A stretch of 64,000 bases of DNA, taken from Flectonema sp. DT1601. Taxonomy: Eukaryota. A program made the position numbers and the translations under genes. The stretch spans positions 248,001 through 312,000 of the forward strand of contig OZ025786.1 of the NCBI GenBank assembly GCA_964019425.1, read 5' to 3'. The number at the start of each line of letters is the position of its first letter. Within the stretch, counting starts at the first letter, position 1. The notes under the pieces are model-generated. The model saw only the letters and a program-made list of their open reading frames with translations, ran no database searches and was not told the DNA's origin. This document shows positions 33,996 through 44,004 of this stretch, piece by piece.

Positions 33996-34961
33996 TTTAT
34001 TTTATTTTGTGAAAGCATGATTTGTAATATTTCAGTTGGCTTTTATTCCCGAACCGTTATTTTTCACGACTTGTTTTTTGCTGAGTCAATCTCAGCAACC
34101 TTTTCTTTGGTATCTTTCATTTACAGCTCTGCTTCACTTTATAAACATTAGAGTAGCAGATGTGGGAGGTCACGTTTTTGTGCGAAATAACATATTAAAG
34201 AGATTCCGTTAAGCGTCGACTTGCATCTACTTAAGAAGTAGTTTTGACATTTATCAATGTTAAGTCTGAGGGGGTGGGAGGGGTGGGGGGCGAGATCTGC
34301 AATCGTCGCGCTTGTTTTTTGAGTTAAATAAAATGTCTTTTTTCTGAATTAATATTTTCTAAAATTGGTTTTCAGAACTGAGTTAGCCCCCTCTCTACGA
34401 TTTGTGAAATAGCTCTCGGAATGAAAAAAATTATTATTAAATCGTCTTGATGACATGATAACATAAAAGAAACGGGGGAAAAAACAAAAAAAAAAAAGGA
34501 ATCGGTGCATTAATCTTTCAACTGGTCATCTGTCTGGCCGCGGGTGGCCGACTCTCCAGTTGGTAGGAAAGTAAGGCCGTACCCGTCTCCCGCGAGAAGA
34601 AGAAGAAGAAGAAGAAGCGACGTGTAGCAAGGATGATTGCTAATGTGCTCTTTTTCCTTTTTCGCAACCACATCCCACACCGCACCCGTCAGAATTGAAA
34701 CTTTCTTTTATGAGTGTCACTGTGAGACCAAAAAAAAAAAAAAAAGCCGCGCGTCCTTGGCAAGAAGAAAAAAAGAAAATAAGGAAAAAAAGATATTATT
34801 TGTCACAGTAATTCACTTTGTATATTTTATTTGTACTTTACAGGTTAGTAGACTTGTGCTATTCATGTATGAGATAAGGTTGTGTTGTGACAGGACTGAT
34901 TAACTGGTACTACAAGTTAAGAAATCATCTACTTTTTCAAACAACAGAAAATAATAATATA

Positions 34962-36644
34962 ATGCCAAACCACGTCGTGGTAGTTGGCAGCAACTATGGT
35001 GAGCAATCAACTACGGTAAGCCAGCTGCTGAGAGGGGCAACGCGATTCTGGGAAGAACATGCACATGGTGTGGACGGTAGACTTTTGATAGTTGGAGATG
35101 ATATGGGAAAACCTGCTACAAAACAAAATATAATTTCATCTCTGAGAGAAACTTGTCAAAGTATGGGACCAGACGACCAAGCAGCTATAGTTTTAATAGG
35201 AAAGGCTGAGGAAGACGGAACTTTCTTATCCACAGACTACAAGACGACTGGTGGTGTCAGTTGCTTTGAATTCCGCAACTGTCTCGCAACCATCCCACCA
35301 ACATGTAAATTATCAATAATATGTGACTATCAACATGGTGGAGCTATATTAGATCTTCCTTTTAAACTAACTGCTGAGAAAGATCCTGTCAACCGTTACA
35401 TGCAACTTCGTCTTGATGCGACTTCTGTACCACAACCACTTCCAACATCGAGTGTTATACTGTTGAGTACTATTCCACAACATGGTGGGAATTCTAAAGT
35501 ACCTCTTGGTGGTTTTATGTCAGCAATTGTTGCTGCACTTAATCTAAATAAACAACCAGTAATGCAGCAGCTACTGGCTGATGTTTGGCACATATTATCA
35601 ACGAGTAATTCAACTGGTGCGACAGATTTTGTTTGTATGCCAAGAATAAGTGCGGGATTTGAATTTTCTGCGAGTGATATCTTTACAATGTTTGAAAAGC
35701 GAGAAGTTATTCACCGACCTATATCAACACCAACGAATGCGACGTTAATGAATGTTGAAACTCATGCGGCACTTGTACCCATTCAGGGTTCGTGGATAAC
35801 TTCAACAGGAACTGAAGTTACAGTCTCTGATTCGTATTGTATTTTCATAGCAACTGGTCATAAATATCCATTAGACGTTGATCACAGTGGAATCGTATCA
35901 TTAATGGGTTCGAAATTACTTGGAAATCCGTCCAGTCTTTCGCTAACAAGGCTGGTTTGGGATGACGGTGATGTGTGGGCTAAAAAAGGATTTGCGATTC
36001 CTGTGATTCAAAACCCGTCGGTATCGCATGTCCCTCACAGCACACCAGCACGTGGTGTTATGAACGAAACAAAACCTTTACAACAATTAAACTCAAAATA
36101 TGACATTTTTAAAATGGGAATTAACTTGTTACTCAACAGAGCTGTACGGGACACTCTCAGAAGGACGTTTGAAAAATTTACATTTTTAGTACTAATGTGT
36201 AGGCAGTATAGGAGAATAACAAATATTGGAAAAGCCTTAGAAAAGGCTTCTTTAAACTTAGTCGCTTCAAGGTATCTTCATAAGTGGAGATTGTTTTTTA
36301 TTTTAAAAAGACCGACACAGTTGCCTTACAAATTTCGACCTGTTAAAAGTAGTCGCGTTGGGGCTCCTGACAGAATAGCAATTTGGATTCACAAGGGTCT
36401 TCAGGCGAAGGTAAATGAAAATAGTACAATCGCTTTGTATGAATGTCTTCGTTCTGTTCGAAATGAAGAAATCTGGAAATCAGTAATTGCGGAATACAAA
36501 TCTCAATTCTCAGAAGAGCTCGAAGACGTGATGTCCCGTCAGCTGGAACCACAAGAGTTAGAGCAATGCGCAGCAATCTTACTTTCTAATAATGTTACTA
36601 TAGGCACGCCAGTGACTGAGGATGTACCTGATTCTGATCCATAA
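34962..36644 (+). CDS. Metacaspase-fold pseudopeptidase with C-terminal annexin-like repeat, ~560 aa
   Basis: VVVGSNY, PATKQNII, LIGK (in place of YSGH), STDYKTTG, CDYQHGGAILDLPF (in place of DCCHSG..LDLPF). ATG 34962 follows acceptor-like caaacaacag. Confidence 0.75.
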   Translation: MPNHVVVVGSNYGEQSTTVSQLLRGATRFWEEHAHGVDGRLLIVGDDMGKPATKQNIISSLRETCQSMGPDDQAAIVLIGKAEEDGTFLSTDYKTTGGVSCFEFRNCLATIPPTCKLSIICDYQHGGAILDLPFKLTAEKDPVNRYMQLRLDATSVPQPLPTSSVILLSTIPQHGGNSKVPLGGFMSAIVAALNLNKQPVMQQLLADVWHILSTSNSTGATDFVCMPRISAGFEFSASDIFTMFEKREVIHRPISTPTNATLMNVETHAALVPIQGSWITSTGTEVTVSDSYCIFIATGHKYPLDVDHSGIVSLMGSKLLGNPSSLSLTRLVWDDGDVWAKKGFAIPVIQNPSVSHVPHSTPARGVMNETKPLQQLNSKYDIFKMGINLLLNRAVRDTLRRTFEKFTFLVLMCRQYRRITNIGKALEKASLNLVASRYLHKWRLFFILKRPTQLPYKFRPVKSSRVGAPDRIAIWIHKGLQAKVNENSTIALYECLRSVRNEEIWKSVIAEYKSQFSEELEDVMSRQLEPQELEQCAAILLSNNVTIGTPVTEDVPDSDP

Positions 36645-37000
36645 ACTGTCGTGAATAGTAGCCTTTTGTTTCCCCAAAGCTGCTGCCCATAATGACAACA
36701 CCCTTGTAAATCTTGTTATTTTATGGTATTCGACTGTCCTTAACGAAAATATTTTTTAGATTTTAAAAAAACAAAAAAAAAAAAAACAAACTTACATATT
36801 TTGACTAGATTTTAGCATGTGAAACTGTGAGACACTGAAATTAAAAATTCTTTTTTTTCTTTCTTCTTCCAGCAGTCTGTAATGTTAGTAGGGAAGTTTG
36901 TGTGATGTTTGTTGTTATTGTTGCTACTGCTGTATAGAGGCTAGAGAAGAAAGTTAATCCTGAAGTGTCGAATGCTTTTCTTTTCCCCTTTCAGATTTTC

Positions 37001-38391
37001 ATGTCCGAATCGACACAAAATAACGAAAACGACAAAAATATTACAAAAAGTGAACAACCGACAGCTTACGACAAATGGAAGGCAGACCTCGAAGAAGGAT
37101 GTACTGCAGCCGAATCGTTTGCGAAGAAATGGAAGGAATTCCAACAACGATTTGATGCTGTGAACAAGGCATTCCTCACAAAATTACAACAAGGACTAGA
37201 AGTAGCTGCATTCGAACCTGATACCACAGAACGTAATGATGGAAAGATGAAAATGAAAACAGCCGTATCCACAACAGTTGATCTCATAAAAAAATCGAAA
37301 CGAATAATAATAATGACAGGTGCTGGTGTGTCAACATCAGCAGGTATCTGCGACTACAGAGGTCCAAAGGGAAAATGGACTCTCGAAGCAAAGGGACAGA
37401 CTGCTAAATCAAAACCGGTTCACTCATTAGTACCAACGTTCACCCACATGGCAATAAAGGCTCTTCTAGACAATAATATGATATTTTCTGTTGTTTCTTC
37501 AAATATTGATGGACTTCACCGTTATTCAGGCATCCCTGATAATAATCTCAATGAAGTTCATGGCAATTTCTTTAAAGAAGTGTGTACTAATAACACTTGT
37601 GCGTTGATCTTTGAAAGGCCATTTCCAGTACGAAAAGCCGTGGCTCGAAAGGTATATAAAAACGAAAAGAATAAAACTTTTTTTTTTTTAAAACCTCCTA
37701 AAAAAAAAAAAAAAAACACTACAAAAAAAAAAAGAACAAACTAACGGGAGGAATATGCGAGAAATGTGGTTCCAAACTACGAGACACGATTGTGAACTTC
37801 GGAGATAATTTAAATGAAAAAGAATGGAATCAAACAATAGAAGATTCAACAACGTGTGATTTGATAATAGTTTTAGGTTCGAGTATCACAGTAAACCCTA
37901 GCGCCTTATTACCTCGACAAGTTAGTAACAGTGGTGGTGATATTGTGATTGTTAATAAACAAAAAACACCTTTTGATCATATCGCTAAGATAAAACTACA
38001 CTACGATATTGATATCTTCATGACTGAGGTGATGCGAGTGCTCGGGGTTTCAGTTAAGCGTCCTCCTGATCAACGAAAGCAATATAATCCGACAGAAAAA
38101 ATTGCATGGAGGGTAGCAAACAACTGTTCAGATCCTAACTTCACAATTGCCGATGATGAGGAAGATGAACAACCTAACAAAAATGATAAACCTCCTTTGA
38201 TTTCTTCAAAACCATCATCATCAACAGATCCTCCCAAGACACTTAAAATGAGTTGTTCTGGAGCTTCCCTCAGACGTCGTAGTTCTGTCGTCATTCCAAT
38301 TAGAGAAACTCGCTCATCGTCTCTTCGCTTGAAGAGAGTACCACGTCCTTCAATCTCTACTGGCCGCGTGGCTGTTGGTCAAAAGAAATAG
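37001..38391 (+). CDS. SIR2: Sirtuin (Sir2 family, SIRT6/7-like), 2 exons: 37001-37651, 37735-38391, ~435 aa
   Basis: TGAGVSTSAGICDYRGPKG, NIDGLH, EVHGN, zinc ligands C....C and CEKC, LRDTIVNFGD, GSS, IVNKQKT. Intron 37652-37734 restores frame. Confidence 0.93.
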
Positions 38392-38743
38392 TACGAAATA
38401 GATAAATAATGAAACAATTAATTCCTTCCAGAGCCTCTGATTAATTAATCAGACAAAAAGGAGGAGACATTCTGAGGACCCACTATGTGCCGCGCTTTTC
38501 CAAGTAGTGACACTGACGTTTCTATCAAGCAAGTCCTTAGCTTGCAAAAAATCCCTAGCAACAGTTTTCTGTGATGTTCACTGTCATGTTTTTGATTGTC
38601 TTTCTACCCTAGCCTCACTTTATGTGAACACTCGAATACGTAGATGTAGTATTTTTGTATATTTAGTTTTAGTTCAACTCACAGTCTTTTTTCTAGACTA
38701 CTTTTTCAAGTTAAGTCGAGAAAAAAAAAGTTTAAAAAAAAAA

Positions 38744-41131
38744 ATGCCGACAAGAATAAACATGCCTATGTCACTGCGTCGTTCAGTTCAACGACAAAGA
38801 GAAACTTCGATAAAATACAATTCGTTAATATGTCCGAAGACTGATGAAGAGGAAAGAGAAGATAAACGACTAGAGTTACTTGAACAATCTAAACTAGGAT
38901 TGAGAAAGACAGCAAAATGTTTTTTATGCGAACACGAATACACATCAGAATCACTACCGTACACTCTATCTGTAAAAACGGTCTTGGAATTGAAACGAAG
39001 TTGGGGAGCCATCACTGATACCGCGAGTAAAAAACTGCCACCTTCAAGAATATATGACAAGGGTAGAATATGTAGGTTTTGTGGACAGTTTTTCGATATA
39101 TACCCAACACACCATGAAGTTTACAGTAATGTTATAGGTGATGATTGCAGAGATCTTGAAAAACAATACTTCGATATCGGAACAGCAATATCAGACCTTT
39201 GGTCTCCAGGTTGCATCAACGTTCGACGTCCGAAGGCTATCCAACGTCCTGTTTCAGTTACCAATACTTCTACTGCTTTGATTAGTGAAATGGTTGAATC
39301 AACGGCTAGTCGGTATTCAAGAAAATCATATAAACCTCCTCCTGTATTGTCAAGAACTGATTCTGCCGCTGCTCTCTGCGGTATTTTCGGAAGTAGCAAT
39401 TTATGTATACATCCGGGAGTTAGAGTTTTAGCTGAGGTAACAACGAAATTTTGTTCGGCAGGAGATAAAGGAATTATTTGGAAAGTTGGTAAGAAACAAA
39501 TTTTGGTAAAAATGGATTCAGAAGTCAATAAGAGAAATGTTTTGGTTCCTCCGTCTGTTTTTTATCATTCGGAACAGCAAACTCCGAGAGTTATGATTGG
39601 AACATATACCACTACGAAACCGTTTACGTGGGGATCTGGTAAGAGAAAAAATAAATTAAAATTATTTAAACTAATCCAGCCTGGTCCTATCGAATTATCA
39701 ATTCCTGACTTATCTACAATGCCAAAAAAAATTGATCGAGAATTTGATGAAAAAAAAAAAGAATCATCATTTGATGATGTGTATAATTTTCATCAACCAC
39801 CAAACAGCAGTGATCCTGTACTCATCACAGTCATCACTGCAGTTGTTGTTGCTGTTGTTGTTATTTGTAGACAGTCATATCAACTTGTCAATATTTCTAT
39901 TCCTGCTGTTGACAAGGTTTTTATTATTCCGTCACAAGAAGCTATTGATACCTGTTCTGATCAATCTCATTGGAAATTATTATTAAATAATTATTTTAAA
40001 AATTGTATTTCAGAGGAGACTGCAGTCCAATCCGCATCTCCACCAATAAAAATAAAAAAAGAACAACCAAATCCAATGGTATACGACGCGATACCGAATC
40101 CTCCTGACGTACCATATAGTTTTCAGATATTAAAAAAAGGAGAACAACAATCAAAGACTAGGCAATCATTTATGAATGAGGTGGTCTCTGTTATTGATTC
40201 TTGGCGTGGAAATATCATTGAAAATTTATTTTTAATTTGTCTGGAATCTCACAGAACTTTATTAGTAAAAGTACTGAAAGCTTTGAGTACCCTTCATATT
40301 AATAACATAATTATTGTACAAGGACAAACAGAGGCTGCTAAAAGCTTAATTCATCCACTAAGCAGGGGGGTTCTTGCGGATACAAACGTGTTTGTATGTG
40401 GAGGATCAGACACCCTAAAAGCAATGGGAAGAGCTATTCTTTGTCATAGTGCAAACCTAACACTTAAACTGCTTCGACAAAAATCAAATTTTTGGCATGC
40501 GAGACCCCCAGTCAGTAGTGGTATTAGTGGTAATAATCTCTCAGTGTGGAGGGAGAGGCTTAGAAGTGACAAAACACCAATTTTAACACCAATTTCACAA
40601 GATAGAAAACCTCAGCTATCTAACCTTCTCGTCGGTAGAAGTTTACTTTTAGACTCGACTTGCACGGCTTTTACGTCATTTAAAGATTCGTTTCCAGAGG
40701 CATTGCAACCTTCTACTTCTGAATTATTAAATTGTTGGGCAATCCTGACGTCTGATGTGTTGAGTTCGGGAAGTGATTTTGAGGTTTTTGCTGAACAGTT
40801 TGGGCTTCGAGTCTTGCCTAACGGGATTAAAATACGCCTTCACACACCAACCCCTGTGTCAGTTATCTACGTCACAGGAAACAGTCCCCTGATGATGTTG
40901 AATGCATTGGAGGATAATGTGACTATCGCCTGTTCTGGAACTCCTGTTGTCGATATTTTATCACTTTACTCTTTCAGCTTGTCACCTCTGCGACTGTTAA
41001 GCGGTTCGGATGAGAAATTTATTCTTAATGTCATGCAGACTGCTCTCCGACCTTTAAATAAATTGCCGCATACAAATGTTGTTTTGGATTCTGTTATTGG
41101 TACTGTGAATCATATTACGGGCAATCCATAG
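38744..41131 (+). CDS. Hypothetical protein with N-terminal CxxC..CxxC motif, ~795 aa
   Basis: Long ORF; ATG after an A-run at 38744; CFLCEH..CRFCGQFF. Confidence 0.8.
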   Translation: MPTRINMPMSLRRSVQRQRETSIKYNSLICPKTDEEEREDKRLELLEQSKLGLRKTAKCFLCEHEYTSESLPYTLSVKTVLELKRSWGAITDTASKKLPPSRIYDKGRICRFCGQFFDIYPTHHEVYSNVIGDDCRDLEKQYFDIGTAISDLWSPGCINVRRPKAIQRPVSVTNTSTALISEMVESTASRYSRKSYKPPPVLSRTDSAAALCGIFGSSNLCIHPGVRVLAEVTTKFCSAGDKGIIWKVGKKQILVKMDSEVNKRNVLVPPSVFYHSEQQTPRVMIGTYTTTKPFTWGSGKRKNKLKLFKLIQPGPIELSIPDLSTMPKKIDREFDEKKKESSFDDVYNFHQPPNSSDPVLITVITAVVVAVVVICRQSYQLVNISIPAVDKVFIIPSQEAIDTCSDQSHWKLLLNNYFKNCISEETAVQSASPPIKIKKEQPNPMVYDAIPNPPDVPYSFQILKKGEQQSKTRQSFMNEVVSVIDSWRGNIIENLFLICLESHRTLLVKVLKALSTLHINNIIIVQGQTEAAKSLIHPLSRGVLADTNVFVCGGSDTLKAMGRAILCHSANLTLKLLRQKSNFWHARPPVSSGISGNNLSVWRERLRSDKTPILTPISQDRKPQLSNLLVGRSLLLDSTCTAFTSFKDSFPEALQPSTSELLNCWAILTSDVLSSGSDFEVFAEQFGLRVLPNGIKIRLHTPTPVSVIYVTGNSPLMMLNALEDNVTIACSGTPVVDILSLYSFSLSPLRLLSGSDEKFILNVMQTALRPLNKLPHTNVVLDSVIGTVNHITGNP

Positions 41132-41298
41132 GATGCATTTACACCCCTATTTTTATCTTTGAGTTTGTTGTTGTTTTTTTTTAAGATGTTGATCATTACT
41201 TTACCATCAGATATTAAAATTTAAATATGAATGTGGTAGTTGTTTCTACAACGCAGTGGGGACCATAAAAGTGTCAACTAACTAACATATTCACAGAA

Positions 41299-42553
41299 AT
41301 GAAAAATATTTCTTCAAATGTAATTATCAATACATCAGTGGGGCTTCCCTTTACTCTAAGTGGAGCCTCTCGTAAAACACTTCTGGATAACAGCAACTAC
41401 GAATTGACCGTAGAGAAAGTGAAATTAAAAGCTGCTAACAAAAAGATAGCTGCGCGGATGGCGACAGAAGAGGATACAAAGAAAGCAATTAATGTAAAAT
41501 TAAAAAAACTAAAACAAATAGAAGAACGTTTTCATATGTTACGACTGAAGGCTATCACTACTAGAGCAGATACCATCAAATTAGCAATGGCAGTTGTATT
41601 ATATCAAATTAAAAATGCGCGATGCACCGAATCTTTGGCCGCGGCACAACTGAAGGAACGGTCTTCCCGCGTAGAAGCAGAAGCATTAAAGAAAGTAGCC
41701 TTGTCGAGTGCAAAGCACGAGCGTAAGGTAGCAAAAGAGTTAGTCAATAGGAAGTACGCCCTTGAGATTCGCCGTGTTAAGAAGTTATTAAAGGAAACGT
41801 TGCTTAGAATTGAAAAAGAAGAAAATAAACAAACAGAAATGCTGGCTGAAACTTCAAGCAAAACTAAAATTATTTGCAAACCAGACGCACCTAAATCACT
41901 CAAGAAATGGGGACCTTCAAACCCATTCGCTGTTTTCGTCACCGAATCAAAGTATTCATCTATGAAAGATTTGGCTTTGCGATGGAAGGTATGGCCGTGT
42001 TTATTTAATAAAAAGAGACTCCAGCGTGTCAAGATGCATTTGCATGTACTCAGCAGAAGTTCCAGAAAGAAGATTACTTTTATCATTTCCCAAGTCATCA
42101 CCTCCTTGACTGTTTTTGTACAACGGAGAAAAAATAAAAGTTTTGGGGGAGCAACGAAGAATTTTCCTAATAAAAAGTAACAGGAAAAAAAAAAAAAAAA
42201 AAAAAAAAGATAATTATAGTAAAACACAACAGGCATTATCTAAAAGTGATCAAAAGCCCTTTATCGTAAAGGCGGAAGCTAACCTTGCTATGAAGAGAAA
42301 AGTCAAGTCTAAAATGCAGTCGCGCTCCAGGAAACGAAACACGTGGACAAGTTATGTAAAAGAAAACTTTACAACAGCATACAAGGATGCTCGTGAGGTT
42401 ATTCCTGATCGAATTGCCGCGTTTTCTTCTGCAAGTTCAGTGGTTGCTGCTAAATTCAGGGAGGAAAAAGAAAATAACCAAAAATCTAACATCAATACCA
42501 AGAGGAAGAAGCGAAAAATAAGGATCGACCCGACACCAAGGCTCAAAAAATGA
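41299..42553 (+). CDS. Lys-rich HMG-box protein, 2 exons: 41299-41988, 42233-42553, ~336 aa
   Basis: Splicing 41989-42232 gives PSNPFAVFV..MKDLALRWK|ALSKSDQKPFIVKA (HMG box). A second degenerate box begins NTWTSYVKENF. Start codon uncertain. Confidence 0.8.
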
Positions 42554-42972
42554 TGTTCTATTTCTAAGACCAAATCATCTTCTCGCTATGTATTTCTCAG
42601 TATATTTTGCCCCTCGTCAACTGTGGATCTTTTCACTTGCTGTCAACATTCATTTTATGTGATTCGGTTTCGAGTTGCTTGTTTTCGTGTTGTTGGAGTA
42701 CGGAAAAAGAAGAAGAAGAAGAAGAAGAAAAGAGAACAATTCTTCCAATGAAAATCACACTATTTTCTTCTTCTTTCTTTTTTTCAATATATTCCTTTCT
42801 CTTTTCACTGCGGTAACGTTATCTGTATTATTTCTTTTTTTTTTTTTTTCTCTCTTGTTACATGTATTTTTTAAACGACAACCCATTTGTGTTGCCTGCT
42901 ATTATTCCTATCTTCTTAAAAGAACCTGTTAGAGCTGTCTGTTTTATTACCATTACCATCTCCAGGCCGACC

Positions 42973-43739
42973 ATGGAGGACAAACATGTAGACGATGAAG
43001 GGTATGACATAGAGGACCAGGATATAGCTATAGAAGTTAAGGACTTTGAGGGGGTCGATATCGACTTGGCAGGTGAGGAATTCCAATTAATTGGAATTGA
43101 TGATCCAAACCCAATCTTGCGCATTGGAGATAAGATATTTGAAGGAGTCTGGGGTGAATTTTGTGTTTCTGGTGTAGTTTTTGACACTGAAATCCAACAT
43201 CAAGGAACTATGACTAAGAAATTAATATTTAATAGGGTACTTGTGAAGTCGAAATCGGGTGAAAATAAGCCACTTCCGGAGTCAGGTATTGACACCTCAG
43301 TGATATTAAGTGCAATGCACAAGGCTAAAAATACAGAGTATGTTTTTTTTTTTTTTTTTTTTTTTGCATTTAACAAGTATTGTAAGAACGAAAAAGAATG
43401 TTGGCAGCACACGTAAACCTCCCTTAGCTTTATCAGTTTAAGTCGGTTCACGGTTTCGTGACACACACAAAAAATCACAGTGTTATATCATTATTTTCTG
43501 AAAAGTTGAAGATAAAGCCAATTCTTTTTTTTTTTTTCCATCTTACATTTCACAAAAAAAAAAAAAATGATTGCATTATTTTATGGTTACAAAAAAATAC
43601 CCACAGGATTGTGAGAGAAACGAAGAATACCGCAACTGCTGCGTTGGAGGAAAATATGAGTAAACCACCAGTGGAGATCCCAGTATACAAGAACAACGAA
43701 GAAATTGGGAAAGCGCCTCCTCCACCCGCACCAAATTAG
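42973..43739 (+). CDS. TFIIIC subunit 6 (triple-barrel domain)-like protein, 2 exons: 42973-43337, 43607-43739, ~165 aa
   Basis: FQLIGIDDPNPILRIGDKIFEGVW..GVVFD resembles the TFIIIC_sub6 signature. Intron GTATGT..ACAG keeps frame. Confidence 0.7.
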
Positions 43740-44004
43740 CGTTAGTAGACGTTATTCTGTATGGATTCATTGTAGTGGATTTGTGTGTTAGAACTTCATT
43801 GGATTGACGGAAGTCTGCACTCTTTTTGTAAACACTTTTAGAATGTACCCAACTAGTCCAGTATTAGATTTAGGAAGAAATTATTTTTGTTAACAGCGTC
43901 ATTGGTTGGAGTTTGGTTTTTTTTTTTGTTTATGTTTTTTTTAATTTTTTTTTTCAGGAATTTTAACAACTTAATAAAGGAAAAAAAAAAAAAAAAAAAA
44001 AAAC

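Noticed and set aside
37652..37740. Apparent non-canonical (AA) acceptor in the sirtuin intron
   Set aside because: A canonical AG at 37733-37734 gives an in-frame join (ARK|NKLTGGIC).
41604..42236. 210 aa minus-strand ORF
   Set aside because: Antisense to the HMG gene and its intron; no recognisable features.
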